DNA of 64,000 nucleotides from Actinomycetota bacterium (lineage in GTDB: Bacteria; Actinomycetota; Thermoleophilia; Gaiellales; Gaiellaceae): the NCBI GenBank assembly GCA_005888315.1, contig VAWH01000022.1, positions 869-64,868 on the forward strand, read 5' to 3'. Shown here in pieces: positions 21,767-31,390 of this stretch. Within the stretch, counting starts at the first letter, position 1. Each line of letters opens with the position of its first letter. Under the pieces are notes generated by a model that was not told where the DNA came from, made no database searches, and worked only from the letters and a program-made list of their open reading frames with translations. A program made the translations under genes and the position numbers.

Positions 21767-22264
21767 ATGAGCCCTCAGCCCGTCGACACGCTGAAGGGCT
21801 TCGGGGTCACCTTCAAGCAGATCTTCAAGAAGCCGCTCACGCAGCAGTATCCCGAGTTCAAGCGGCCCGTCTATCCGCGCTTCCGCGGTCGGCACCGGCT
21901 CTGGCGGCACGAGAACGGGCTGGAGAAGTGCGTCGGCTGCTCTTTGTGCGCCGCGGCCTGTCCCGCCGACTGCATCCGGGTCGTCGCGGCGGAGAACACT
22001 CCCGAGAACAGGGTCTCCCCGGGCGAGCGCTACGCGCGCATCTACGAGATCAACCTGAGCCGCTGCATCTTCTGCGGCTACTGCGAGCTCGCCTGCCCGT
22101 TCGACGCGATCACGCTCGGCAACGAGTACGAACTGGCCGAGTACGACCGCGACGACCAGATCTACACGAAGGACATGCTGCTCGCCGAGCCGATCAAGCG
22201 CGTGCCGGTCGCGGACGCAGAGCTCTACGACACGCCGATCCCTTACTACAGGGCCCACTCGTAG
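21767..22264 (+). CDS. nuoI: NADH-quinone oxidoreductase subunit I
   Basis: Two 4Fe-4S motifs, [12 protein letters not shown] and [12 protein letters not shown]. Confidence 0.95.
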   Translation: MSPQPVDTLKGFGVTFKQIFKKPLTQQYPEFKRPVYPRFRGRHRLWRHENGLEKCVGCSLCAAACPADCIRVVAAENTPENRVSPGERYARIYEINLSRCIFCGYCELACPFDAITLGNEYELAEYDRDDQIYTKDMLLAEPIKRVPVADAELYDTPIPYYRAHS

Positions 22265-22839
22265 TGGCCAATGTTCTGGTCTGGGCGGTCTGGGTCGTCG
22301 CGGCCTTCAGCTGCCTCGCCTCCGGGATCGCGGTCGTCTCGTTCGCGAACCCGTTCTTTTCGGCACTGGCGCTGATCGGGAACCTCGCCTCGCTCGCCGT
22401 GCTCTATCTGCTGCTGTCCGCGGAGTTCGTCGCCGCAGGGCAGGTGCTCGTCTACGCCGGCGCGGTGATGGTCATGTTCCTCTTCGTGACGGCCTATCTC
22501 GGCGGGCGGGCCGATGCGCCCTGGGCGGGTGGCCCTACCTGGCAGCAGTTCGGCGCCGTGCTCGCTGCCGGCGCGATCCTGGTCGAGGTGATCGTCGTCA
22601 TCGGTCTCAAGGCCGGCGGGCGACTTTCGCACGAAGCGAAGATCGACGCCGGCTTCGGCTCGCCGCACCGGATCGGGCGCGTGTTCCTGACCGATCACCT
22701 GCTCGCATTCGAGATCACGTCGGTCGTGCTGCTCGTCGCCGCGGTCGGTGCGGTCATCCTCGGCGCGCATTCTCGAGGCGACCGGGTCCCTGGACATGTC
22801 TCGGGACCCGGTCGCGGGACCTGGCCGGAGGAGACATGA
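22264..22839 (+). CDS. nuoJ: NADH-quinone oxidoreductase subunit J
   Basis: The GTG overlaps the nuoI stop. Hydrophobic NuoJ-like sequence [15 protein letters not shown]...VYAGAVMVMFLFV. Confidence 0.9.
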   Translation: MANVLVWAVWVVAAFSCLASGIAVVSFANPFFSALALIGNLASLAVLYLLLSAEFVAAGQVLVYAGAVMVMFLFVTAYLGGRADAPWAGGPTWQQFGAVLAAGAILVEVIVVIGLKAGGRLSHEAKIDAGFGSPHRIGRVFLTDHLLAFEITSVVLLVAAVGAVILGAHSRGDRVPGHVSGPGRGTWPEET

Positions 22840-23144
22840 GAGGCCCTGACGTCCCCTGGTACCTGGCGGTCGCCGCCTTCCTGTTCGCGACCGGCGCCCT
22901 CGGCGTGCTCCTGCGCCGAAGCCCACTGATCGTGCTGCTCTCGCTCGAGATCATGCTCAACGGCGCGAACCTCGCCCTGATCGCGTTCTCGCGCCTGCAC
23001 GGTGAGTCGAGCGGGCAGATCTTCGCGCTCGCGGTGATGGCCGTAGCCGCCTCCGAGGTTGTGGTCGGGCTCGGCCTGATCGTCGCGATCGCGCGCAAGC
23101 GCCTCGACCTGGACGTCGACAAGCTCTCCATCCTCCGCGGGTGA
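22836..23144 (+). CDS. nuoK: NADH-quinone oxidoreductase subunit K
   Basis: 102 aa with three TM segments. LSLEIMLNGANL and AASEVVVGLGL motifs. Confidence 0.95.
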   Translation: MRGPDVPWYLAVAAFLFATGALGVLLRRSPLIVLLSLEIMLNGANLALIAFSRLHGESSGQIFALAVMAVAASEVVVGLGLIVAIARKRLDLDVDKLSILRG

Positions 23145-25099
23145 TCGTCGCCGCCTGGATCTGCCTCGTCGCGCCGCTCGCCGCGGCGCTCCTGATCACG
23201 CTGCTGGGAACCGGCGTCTCGCGCCGCGGCGCCGCCTACCTCGCGACGACGTCGGTGCTCGGCTCGTTCGCCGCCGCGGCGGTCGTCTTCGCCAAGCTCT
23301 GGGGCGAGTCGCCGGACGCGCGATCGCATCCATCGACCGTGTGGGAGTGGCTCACCGCCGGCAGCTTCCACGTCGGCCTGCGAATCCTCGTCGATCCGCT
23401 CAGCGTCTTCATGATGCTGGTCGTCTCCGGGGTCGGCTTCCTGATCGTCGCCTACTCGATCGGCTACATGGACGGCGACGACGAGGAGCGGCGCTACTTC
23501 GCCTACATGGCGCTGTTCGTCTTCTCGATGCTCCTGCTCGTCCAGGCGGGGAACCTGGTGATCCTGCTCGCCGGCTGGGGACTCGTCGGCCTCTGCTCCT
23601 ACCTGCTGATCGGGTTCTGGCACGAGCGGCCGGCAGCGATCGCGGCGGCGAAGAAGGCGTTCGTGATGAACGCGATCGGCGACGCGACGATGGCGCTTGC
23701 GTTCTTCCTCCTGATCCAGCACCGGCAGACGCTGAACTTCCCCGACGCCTTCGCGGTGGGGCCGGGACACGGCTGGCTCGTCAACCTCGTCGCGCTCGGG
23801 CTGCTCGGCGGGGCGGTGGCGAAGTCGGCCCAGCTTCCCCTTCAAACCTGGCTCCCCGACGCGATGGAGGGCCCGACGCCGGTCAGCGCCCTGATCCACG
23901 CCGCGACGATGGTCACCGCCGGGGTCTACCTGATCGTCCGCACGCACGCGGTCTTCGAGCAGGCGCCGCGTGTGCAGGAGCTCGCGGCCGGGCTCGGCGC
24001 GGGCACCTTGCTGATGGCCGGACTGATCGCGCTCGTTCAGACGGACATCAAGCGCGTAATCGCCTACTCGACGATGTCGCAGATCGGCTACATGTTCCTG
24101 GGCGCGGGCCTCGGCGCCTACGCCAACGCCGAGTTCCACTTGATGACGCATGCGTTCTTCAAGGCGCTGCTCTTCATGGCGGCCGGGCTCGTCATCCACG
24201 CGCTTGCCGGGGAGCAGGACATCCGCAAGATGAGCGGCATCGGCCGGCTGATGCCCATGACGCGGCTGGCTTTCCTGATCGGCTCGCTGGCGCTCGTGGG
24301 CCTCCCGCCGTTCGCGGGCTTCTTCTCGAAGGACTCGATCATCGCGGCGGCGATGGACCGCGGCTGGTACGGCTACGTGCTCTTCGCGGCGGCGCTGGCG
24401 GGGACGTTCCTAACCGGCGTGTACGCCTTCCGGCTCTTCTTCATCGTCTTTCCCGGCGAACTGTCGCCCTTTGTGCAAGAGCACCTGATGCGCGGCTCGC
24501 ACGCCGCCGGCATGGAGGGCGCGCACGGCGAGGACGATGCGTCACGGCCACACGGGCACGATGTGCACGAGCACACGGGGGAAGGGCCCCTCTCGATGAC
24601 GGCGCCGGTGCTCATCCTGGCGGTGCTGTCCGTGATCGGCGGCTGGATCCAGTTCGCGCCGCTCTGGCACCCCGTCTCGGACTGGCTGGAGCCGGTCGCG
24701 CGCCCGCTCGCGGAGCCGACGAATACACAGGAGGCGCTCGCGAGCCTGTTCGCGTTCCTGCTCGGCCTGGCGGGAATCGCGGTCGCGTGGATGGTCTACG
24801 GCACCAGGCGCTGGCGCGTCCCGAAGTACGCCTTCGCGCAGCGCATGCTCGAGCACAAGTTCTACTTCGACGAAGCCTACGACTACGCGTTCTACCGGCC
24901 GGCGGTCGCGCTCGCGCAAGGCCTCGGCCGCTGGATCGAAGGGCCGTTCATCGGCGGCGGAATCCGCGAGATCGCACGGGCCTTCCGCGACGCGGGCCTG
25001 AGCACGAGCCGGCTGCAGACGGGCCTCGTCCGCACCTACGCGCTCGCGATCGCAGCGAGCCTGGCGGTGATCACGATCGTCTTCGTGGCGGTGCGCTGA
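23141..25099 (+). CDS. nuoL: NADH-quinone oxidoreductase subunit L
   Basis: Antiporter-like subunit. KSAQLPLQTWLPDAMEGPTPVSALIHAATMV. Confidence 0.95.
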   Translation: MIVAAWICLVAPLAAALLITLLGTGVSRRGAAYLATTSVLGSFAAAAVVFAKLWGESPDARSHPSTVWEWLTAGSFHVGLRILVDPLSVFMMLVVSGVGFLIVAYSIGYMDGDDEERRYFAYMALFVFSMLLLVQAGNLVILLAGWGLVGLCSYLLIGFWHERPAAIAAAKKAFVMNAIGDATMALAFFLLIQHRQTLNFPDAFAVGPGHGWLVNLVALGLLGGAVAKSAQLPLQTWLPDAMEGPTPVSALIHAATMVTAGVYLIVRTHAVFEQAPRVQELAAGLGAGTLLMAGLIALVQTDIKRVIAYSTMSQIGYMFLGAGLGAYANAEFHLMTHAFFKALLFMAAGLVIHALAGEQDIRKMSGIGRLMPMTRLAFLIGSLALVGLPPFAGFFSKDSIIAAAMDRGWYGYVLFAAALAGTFLTGVYAFRLFFIVFPGELSPFVQEHLMRGSHAAGMEGAHGEDDASRPHGHDVHEHTGEGPLSMTAPVLILAVLSVIGGWIQFAPLWHPVSDWLEPVARPLAEPTNTQEALASLFAFLLGLAGIAVAWMVYGTRRWRVPKYAFAQRMLEHKFYFDEAYDYAFYRPAVALAQGLGRWIEGPFIGGGIREIARAFRDAGLSTSRLQTGLVRTYALAIAASLAVITIVFVAVR

Positions 25100-25103
25100 G
25101 ACG

Positions 25104-26696
25104 ATGGGCTGGCTGACGACTGCCCTGATCCTGATCCCGCTCGGCGGTGCGCTGTTCGTCTGGCTGTTCCCATGGGACACGTTCACGGCCGGCGCGATCG
25201 CGCTACTGGTCGCACTCGCAGAGGTCGGCGTCTGGATCGAGTCGCTGATCCGGTTCCATTTCGACCGCGGCGGTCTCCAGCTCGACCAGCGGACAAACTG
25301 GTTCAGCGACCTGCACGTCTCGTACCACGTCGGCATGTACGGCTTCTCGCTCTGGCTCGTCGGACTGACGGTGGTCGTGCAGGCGGCGGCGATCGCCTAC
25401 GCCTTCTGGGCCGGCCGCACCGGAGCCCGCGCGTACTTCGGTCTGATGCTGCTGCTGACCGCCGCAATCGTCGGGGTTTTCACCGCGCAGGACCTGCTCC
25501 TCTTCTACGTCTTCTGGGAAGCGATGCTGCTGCCGCTGTACGTCCTGATCGGCGTCTGGGGCGGCGCGGGGCGGCTCGGCGCGACGATCAAGTTCGTCAT
25601 CTACACGATGGCGGGCTCGCTGCTGATGCTTGCGGCGGTGATCGTGCTGGGCCTCTCGCAGGGAACCTTCGACCTGACCGCGAGCTGGCAAAGCTCGAGC
25701 GACTGGCTGTTCCTCGGTTTCGTGGCCGCGTTCGCGGTCAAGGCGCCGCTGTTCCCGCTGCACGGCTGGCTGCCGGATGCGTATCGCGAGTCGCCGCCGG
25801 AGGTGTCGGCCGTCTTGAGCGGCATCGTCTCGAAGGCGGCGATCTACGGCTTCATCCGCATCGCGATCACGAAGTTCCCGGAGCCGACGAAGGACTTCCG
25901 GACGGTGATCCTCGTTCTTGCGGCCGTGGGACTCGTCTACGGCTCGCTACTCGCGTTCCGCGCGCCCGACATCCGCGGAGTGATCGCCTACTCGTCGCTT
26001 GCGCAGCTCGGGTTGATCACGTTCGGGGTCTTCGCGGTCAACGACCTCGGGCTGAATGGCGCTGTGCTGCAAATGGTCAATCACGGCCTGATCACGGGCT
26101 CGCTGTTCTTGCTCGCCGGCGGAATCGAGCGGCGTGCAACCACCGGCGAGTTCGCGCGGCTGGGTGGTTTCGCCCGAGGACGGCCGATCCTGGCGACCGT
26201 GCTGATGACGACCGGGATCATCGGCTTGGCGGTGCCCGGCTCCTCCGCGTTCGCGGGCGAGTTCGCGATCCTGGCCGGTGTCTTCAGCCGCGGCTGGGGC
26301 TATTCGGTGGTCGGCGCGGTCGCGATTGTGCTGGCGGCGATGTACATGCTGCGGTTGATCTCGGCGGTGCTGCACGAGCGCGTCGGGCCGGCGGTGGCGC
26401 CGGAGGCTTTGGATCTACGGCCCGGCGAGCTCGGGGCGATCGTGCCACTGCTCGCCTGCCTGCTCGCGTTGTCGGTTTGGCCGGCTGCGATCACAGAGAG
26501 ATCATTCGCCGGAGATCGCGCTGCGAGCGCAGTTACCAACCAGTTTCGAGTGGCAGCGGGCCGACCAAGGCTCGATTACATCCTCGTCGGCCGCAGCGTC
26601 GGCTCCGAACAACAACACGCGTGCCTGAAGAAGTACCGGCAGGCTCTCAAGGCCGGCCGCTATGGCGAGGCGTCCTCGCTAGCGGAGACCTGCTAG
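25104..26696 (+). CDS. nuoM: NADH-quinone oxidoreductase subunit M
   Basis: AFAVKAPLFPLHGWLPDAY. It has a hydrophilic extension of about 70 aa after the last TM segment. Confidence 0.95.
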   Translation: MGWLTTALILIPLGGALFVWLFPWDTFTAGAIALLVALAEVGVWIESLIRFHFDRGGLQLDQRTNWFSDLHVSYHVGMYGFSLWLVGLTVVVQAAAIAYAFWAGRTGARAYFGLMLLLTAAIVGVFTAQDLLLFYVFWEAMLLPLYVLIGVWGGAGRLGATIKFVIYTMAGSLLMLAAVIVLGLSQGTFDLTASWQSSSDWLFLGFVAAFAVKAPLFPLHGWLPDAYRESPPEVSAVLSGIVSKAAIYGFIRIAITKFPEPTKDFRTVILVLAAVGLVYGSLLAFRAPDIRGVIAYSSLAQLGLITFGVFAVNDLGLNGAVLQMVNHGLITGSLFLLAGGIERRATTGEFARLGGFARGRPILATVLMTTGIIGLAVPGSSAFAGEFAILAGVFSRGWGYSVVGAVAIVLAAMYMLRLISAVLHERVGPAVAPEALDLRPGELGAIVPLLACLLALSVWPAAITERSFAGDRAASAVTNQFRVAAGRPRLDYILVGRSVGSEQQHACLKKYRQALKAGRYGEASSLAETC

Positions 26697-28184
26697 ATGA
26701 TCCCGCGCCCGCACGTCGACTGGTTCGCGCTCGCGCCGGAGCTGGTGCTGCTCGGCGCCATGGCATTCGCGCTGATGGGCGCCGTGTTGCTACCGCGAGA
26801 GAACCGGCGCGACTTCGGCGCGCTCGCTGCGGCGCTCGGCTTCGCCGGCGCGTTCGTCTACGCGATCGTCGTCTACGTCCACACGCCGGACGTCCACAGC
26901 GTGATCGCCGACTCGGTCCGCCGTGACCGCTTCGGGGCGCTGGCGCAGGTGATCGTGTGCGGAGCCGGCCTGCTCACGGTCGGCGTCTCGTACGCCGAGC
27001 GGATGCGAGACGAGCACATCGCGGAGTACTACGCCGTGCTTGCGGCCGCGGGCGGCGGCATGTGCTTCCTCGTCACCGCAAACAACCTGATGACGCTCTT
27101 CCTGGGGTTGGAGTGGTTCTCGATCTCGCTCTACATCCTCTGCGCGATCGACCGGGAGCTCGAGGGTTCGCTCGAGGCCGGCCTCAAGTACCTGATCATC
27201 GGCGGATTCGGCTCGGCGGTGCTGCTGTTCGGCTCGGCGCTCGTGTACGGCGCGACCGGCGAGCTCGCGTTCAATCGCATCTCCGCGGCGATCGGCGACC
27301 AGCACCTGTCCGGCGACGCGCTCCTCGTCGCGGGTCTGGCGATGATCATCGTCGGGCTCGGCTTCAAGGCGTCGGCGGCGCCATTTCACATGTGGACGCC
27401 CGACGTCTACGAGGGCGCGCCGACGCCCGTCACCGGGTTCATGGCTGCGGCAACGAAGACAGCCGCGCTCGTGCTGACGCTACGGGTTCTCCGCGAGGCC
27501 TTCCCGCAGGAAGCCCACCTCTGGACGATCGCGCTCGCGGCGATCGCCTGCGCCTCGCTCCTGATCGGCAACCTCGCCGCGCTCGTCCAGCGAAGCGTCA
27601 AGCGGATGCTCGCCTACTCCTCGATCTCGCACGCCGGCTTCATGCTGATCCCGATCGCGGCGAACAACGCGATCGGCGCCCGGGCGCTCCTCTACTACCT
27701 GATTCCTTACTCGGCGATGTCAGTCGGCGCCTTCGCCGTTGTCGCGGCGCGGGAGCGGGAATTGGCGGCGCCGGTGACGCTCGACAACCTCGCCGGCATG
27801 GGTTGGGAGCGGCCGCTGCTCGGCGTCGCGATGGGCACGTTCATGTTCGGCTTTGCCGGCCTGCCGCCGACGGGCGGCTTCGTCGGCAAGTTCTACGCCT
27901 TCTCGGCCGCCTACAGACACGGCTGGACCTGGCTCGTGATCGTCGGCGTCGTTGCGACCGCCGTCAGCCTTTACTACTACCTGGCCGTCGTCCGTGCGAT
28001 GTACATGAGGCCGGCCGCGGAGTTGCAGCTGAGCCCGACCCCGGTCGCCGGCGGGGCACCGCCTCGGGACGCCCTGCTGCAGACGTCGGTCCTGCTCGCA
28101 CTCGGAGCCACGGTCGCCTCGTTCGTCGCCGTGGAGCCGCTGATCCACGTCGCGAAACACGCCGCGAGCGCGCTGCCGTTCTGA
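26697..28184 (+). CDS. nuoN: NADH-quinone oxidoreductase subunit N
   Basis: GFKASAAPFHMWTPDVYEGAPTPVTGFM. The ATG directly follows the nuoM TAG. Confidence 0.95.
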   Translation: MIPRPHVDWFALAPELVLLGAMAFALMGAVLLPRENRRDFGALAAALGFAGAFVYAIVVYVHTPDVHSVIADSVRRDRFGALAQVIVCGAGLLTVGVSYAERMRDEHIAEYYAVLAAAGGGMCFLVTANNLMTLFLGLEWFSISLYILCAIDRELEGSLEAGLKYLIIGGFGSAVLLFGSALVYGATGELAFNRISAAIGDQHLSGDALLVAGLAMIIVGLGFKASAAPFHMWTPDVYEGAPTPVTGFMAAATKTAALVLTLRVLREAFPQEAHLWTIALAAIACASLLIGNLAALVQRSVKRMLAYSSISHAGFMLIPIAANNAIGARALLYYLIPYSAMSVGAFAVVAARERELAAPVTLDNLAGMGWERPLLGVAMGTFMFGFAGLPPTGGFVGKFYAFSAAYRHGWTWLVIVGVVATAVSLYYYLAVVRAMYMRPAAELQLSPTPVAGGAPPRDALLQTSVLLALGATVASFVAVEPLIHVAKHAASALPF

Positions 28185-28186
28185 GC

Positions 28187-28207
28187 TTAGTAACAGACTG
28201 TTACTAA
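28187..28207. repeat. AT-rich perfect palindrome P1
   Basis: TTAGTAACAG-A-CTGTTACTAA, 3 nt after the nuoN stop. It shares the 15-nt core GTAACAGNCTGTTAC with P2. Confidence 0.7.
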
Positions 28208-28305
28208 CAAGGACCGCTCCGGGCTGAGGACGTGGTCGCACCCAAACGCCAACGAAAGCGTGCAGTTAAGCCGGACGCGTGCAGGCAGTCCCGGCCGAAA
28301 TCCTT

Positions 28306-28320
28306 GTAACAGGCTGTTAC
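28306..28320. repeat. AT-rich palindrome P2
   Basis: GTAACAG-G-CTGTTAC. It overlaps the TAA stop of the minus-strand ORF 28317..28571. Confidence 0.7.
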
Positions 28321-28571
28321 TTGGACGACCCGGCCCGCAGTTCGGCCGCGAGCGCGGCCAGGGCCTGCAGACAGAAGACGAGGACGCACGCGATCAGCGC
28401 CGAGCGAGCCACCGCCGGGACGGAGGCGTCGCCCACCGACGGGGCCCGCGCGCCGGTTGCGACCAGCAACAGAGCCAGCACAACTGCCCACCCATAGACG
28501 AGGGCCGGCTCGCCCTTGCCGTCGAGCCGCTCGGCGACGCTGCTCAGGCCGGCGATCGCCGTCACCGGCAC
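28317..28571 (-). CDS. Small hypothetical membrane protein
   Basis: 84-aa ORF with two hydrophobic stretches (WAVVLALLLVA, LIACVLVFCLQALAALA). I recognise no family. Confidence 0.35.
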   Translation of the reverse strand: MPVTAIAGLSSVAERLDGKGEPALVYGWAVVLALLLVATGARAPSVGDASVPAVARSALIACVLVFCLQALAALAAELRAGSSK

Positions 28572-28736
28572 GGCGACGAGCAGCGCGTCGAAGGCGAGCG
28601 AGTGGGCGCCGAAGTGGTCAGCGAGGACCGCGGCGAGGACGAGGGCGATCGGAGCCAGACGAGCGAAGATGCTTACGCATTCGCCGGACGGCGCATACCT
28701 CCTCCGTTACGCTCGCGAAGTCAAGGAGGAGGTTGA

Positions 28737-29429
28737 ATGCCGGACGTCTCTGTCACCTGGCTCGGCCACGCGACATTTCGAGTTGACAGTCCCAACGGCA
28801 AGCGCGTCTATGTGGACCCCTGGCTCGATAATCCGAAGTGTCCTGACGGCGAGAAGGAACCTGAGCGGGCCGACGTGATCGCGATCACGCACGGCCATTC
28901 CGACCACGTCGGCAACGCCGTCGACATCTCGAAGCAGTTCTCGCCGGAGATCGTCGCGATCGTCGAGCTGAAGAGCTGGCTCGGCGACCAGGGGGCCGAG
29001 GTCGGCGAGATGCCCGGCCCGAACAAGGGCGGCACGGTCGATATCGACGGGATCAAGTTCACGCTGACGAACGCGTTCCATTCGAGCGCGAGCGACGACG
29101 GTGACTACCTCGGTGAGGCAACCGGAATCGTGGCCGAGTTCGAGAATGGAACGAAGCTCTACTTCGCAGGCGACACGTGCGTCTTCGGCGATATGCAGCT
29201 GATCGGGCGGATCTACGCTCCCGACGTCGCCGTCCTGCCGATCGGCGGGCATTTCACGATGGACCCCCGCGAGGCCGGCGTCGCGCTGGAGTTGCTGGGC
29301 ACGCAGCGCTGCATCCCGTGCCACTACGGGACGTTCCCGCTGCTCGCCGGCACGCCCGACGAGCTGCGGCAGCACGCGCCCGGCGTCGAGGTGCTCGCCA
29401 TGGAACCGGGGGAGACGATCACGGTTTGA
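28737..29429 (+). CDS. UPF0173-type metallo-beta-lactamase-fold hydrolase
   Basis: AAGGAGGAGG RBS. VSVTWLGHATF...THGHSDH... is typical of the UPF0173 family. Confidence 0.85.
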   Translation: MPDVSVTWLGHATFRVDSPNGKRVYVDPWLDNPKCPDGEKEPERADVIAITHGHSDHVGNAVDISKQFSPEIVAIVELKSWLGDQGAEVGEMPGPNKGGTVDIDGIKFTLTNAFHSSASDDGDYLGEATGIVAEFENGTKLYFAGDTCVFGDMQLIGRIYAPDVAVLPIGGHFTMDPREAGVALELLGTQRCIPCHYGTFPLLAGTPDELRQHAPGVEVLAMEPGETITV

Positions 29430-29707
29430 GAGAGCGCTGGTTCGGGGCGACGGGTAAGCGGGTGCCCGAGCTCGCGCTCGAGGGCGACCCGCTCGTTCCG
29501 CTCGACGAGGCGCTCGTGCTCGACGACGTCTCCGACGATGCGAGGCTCCGGCAGGCACACGCTGAAGGAACGCCGGTCGTCATCCGGGCCGACTCGCCGG
29601 AGAAGATCCTGGCGGCCCTGAAGCGGCCCGAAGTCGCAGCCGTGCTCGTGCCCGCCGACAAGCCCGAGCTGATCGAGCTCGACCTGCGCGAGCTGACATA
29701 TGGCTAG
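29426..29707 (+). CDS. Hypothetical protein
   Basis: An in-frame TTG overlaps the upstream TGA (TTTGA). 93 aa with protein-like composition (…VPELALEGDPLVPLDEALVLDD…). I recognise no family. Confidence 0.4.
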   Translation: MRERWFGATGKRVPELALEGDPLVPLDEALVLDDVSDDARLRQAHAEGTPVVIRADSPEKILAALKRPEVAAVLVPADKPELIELDLRELTYG

Positions 29708-30539
29708 AACGATCACGACCTACTCGATCGCCGCCTGCGATCTCGACGCGAGCCAGTGGGGCGTCGCGACGCAGTCGAAGTTCCTCGCCGTCGGCTCGGT
29801 CGTCCCCTGGGCGGAACCCCAGGTCGGTGCGATCGCGACCCAGGCCTACGCGAACCCACGCTACGGGCCCCAGGGGCTGAGGCTGCTGCGTGAGGGGCTC
29901 GCGGCCGAAGAGGTTGTCGAGCGGCTGACCTCCGGGGACGAAGGACGGGACCACCGCCAGCTCGGTGTGGTCGACCGTGAGGGGCGCAGCGCGAGCTTCA
30001 CCGGCGCCGAGTGCCTCGAGTGGGCCGGTGGCAGGACCGGCTCCTGCTACGCCGCCCAGGGCAACATCCTCGTCTCGGCGGAGACGGTCGATGCAATCGC
30101 CGAGACCTTCGAGTCCTCGGCGGGCACCCTGGCCGAGCGCCTACTCGATTGCCTCGACGCCGCCCAGGCTGCCGGCGGCGACCGCCGCGGCCAACAGTCG
30201 GCGGCACTGCTAGTCGTCGAGCAGGACGGCGGCTACGGAAAGCTCTCGGACACGGTCGTCGAGCTCCGGGTCGAGGACAACGAGCGGCCGCTCGAGGAGC
30301 TTCGCCGGCTCTACCGCTTGCATGAGGCGCTCTTCGGCGAGACGCCGCGGGAGGAATGGCTCACGGTCGACGAGGCTCTGGCGGACGAGCTGCGCGAGCG
30401 GCTCGCGAAGCTCGGCTACGACGGCGAGCTGGAGGATGCGTTCAACCGCTGGGCAGGCAACGTCAACCTCGAGGAACGCGTGGACGGAATCGCGCAGATC
30501 GACCCGGTCGTGCTCGAGGAGCTGCGGGAACTGACGTGA
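29700..30539 (+). CDS. DUF1028 (Ntn-hydrolase-fold) protein with a C-terminal peptidoglycan-binding-like domain
   Basis: MARTITTYSIAACD...WGVATQSKFLAVGSVVPWA...GAIATQA is the characteristic DUF1028 N-terminus. Confidence 0.8.
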   Translation: MARTITTYSIAACDLDASQWGVATQSKFLAVGSVVPWAEPQVGAIATQAYANPRYGPQGLRLLREGLAAEEVVERLTSGDEGRDHRQLGVVDREGRSASFTGAECLEWAGGRTGSCYAAQGNILVSAETVDAIAETFESSAGTLAERLLDCLDAAQAAGGDRRGQQSAALLVVEQDGGYGKLSDTVVELRVEDNERPLEELRRLYRLHEALFGETPREEWLTVDEALADELRERLAKLGYDGELEDAFNRWAGNVNLEERVDGIAQIDPVVLEELRELT

Positions 30540-30546
30540 CCGCGGC

Positions 30547-30617
30547 GGCGCTCGCGATGCCGACCAAGAAAGGCCTTGGCGGCTTTGCCGGCAAGGCCGC
30601 TAAACCCGGCAATCGGG
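30547..30617 (+). repeat. REP-type element, family 1, copy 2
   Basis: GGCGCTCGC-GATGCCGACCAAGAAA, then GGCCTTGGCGGC-TTT-GCCGGCAAGGCC, then GCTAAACCCGG. It starts 7 nt after the DUF1028 stop. Confidence 0.65.
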
Positions 30618-30647
30618 GAGCCGTGTTTTCATGACTGAGGAAAGCCG

Positions 30648-31298
30648 ATGAGCGACGGCTACCAAGTCGCACACATCGATGAGCTCGAGGAGCTGCCGAT
30701 CAACGACGGCGAGTTCGTCTGGCGGCCGATCCGGCGCCGCTTCGGGATCACGGCCTTCGGCACGAACGCCTACACGGCGCAGGCCGGGCAGCGCGTGATC
30801 GAGGAGCACAACGAGCGGGGCGGCCACGAGGAGATGTATGTCGTCCTGCGCGGCCGCGCGACCTTCGCGCTAGGCGACGACGAGGTCGATGCGCCGGCCG
30901 GCACGATCGTCTTCGTCCGGCCGGACACGAAGCGGGGCGCGATCGCTGCCGAGGACGGTACGGCGGTGCTGGGCGTCGGCGCCAAGCCCGGCGTCGTCTT
31001 CGAGGCGTCGCCTTGGGAGGACGTTTTCGTCGCCAACTCGTACGCGGACATGGGCAATCTGGAGGGGGCGCGCGAGCTGATCGCGGACGTGCTCGCCCGG
31101 CGGCCCGACGACTGGAAGGGCTATTTCAACGCGGCGTGCCTGGAGGCGCGCCTGGGCGACCGCGAGCTCGCGCTGGAGTACCTCGGACGTGCCGTCGAGC
31201 TAGGGCCGGAGCAAGCCCGCGAGTACGCGCAGACCGACTCCGACTTCGACTCGATCCGCGGGGAGCCGCGATTCGTAGCGCTGCTTCGAGCTTCGTAG
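30648..31298 (+). CDS. Cupin domain protein with a C-terminal TPR-like region
   Basis: Cupin core HNERGGHEEMYVVLRGRATF. The tail ...NAACLEARLGDRELALEYLGRAVELGP... is TPR-like. Confidence 0.7.
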   Translation: MSDGYQVAHIDELEELPINDGEFVWRPIRRRFGITAFGTNAYTAQAGQRVIEEHNERGGHEEMYVVLRGRATFALGDDEVDAPAGTIVFVRPDTKRGAIAAEDGTAVLGVGAKPGVVFEASPWEDVFVANSYADMGNLEGARELIADVLARRPDDWKGYFNAACLEARLGDRELALEYLGRAVELGPEQAREYAQTDSDFDSIRGEPRFVALLRAS

Positions 31299-31312
31299 CG
31301 CCGACTCACCTT

Positions 31313-31383
31313 CAGCCGGGTTTAGACGGCCGCACCGGCAAAGCCGGCACGGCCTTTAGGTCGGCATCGCAAGCGACGCCTCC
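31313..31383 (-). repeat. REP-type element, family 1, copy 3 (inverted orientation)
   Basis: The minus strand reads GGCGTCGCTTGCGATGCCGACCTAAAGGCCGTGCCGGCTTTGCCGGTGCGGCCGTCTAAACCCGG. It starts 8 nt after the Ldh2-like stop. Confidence 0.7.
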
Positions 31384-31390
31384 GTTCGTC

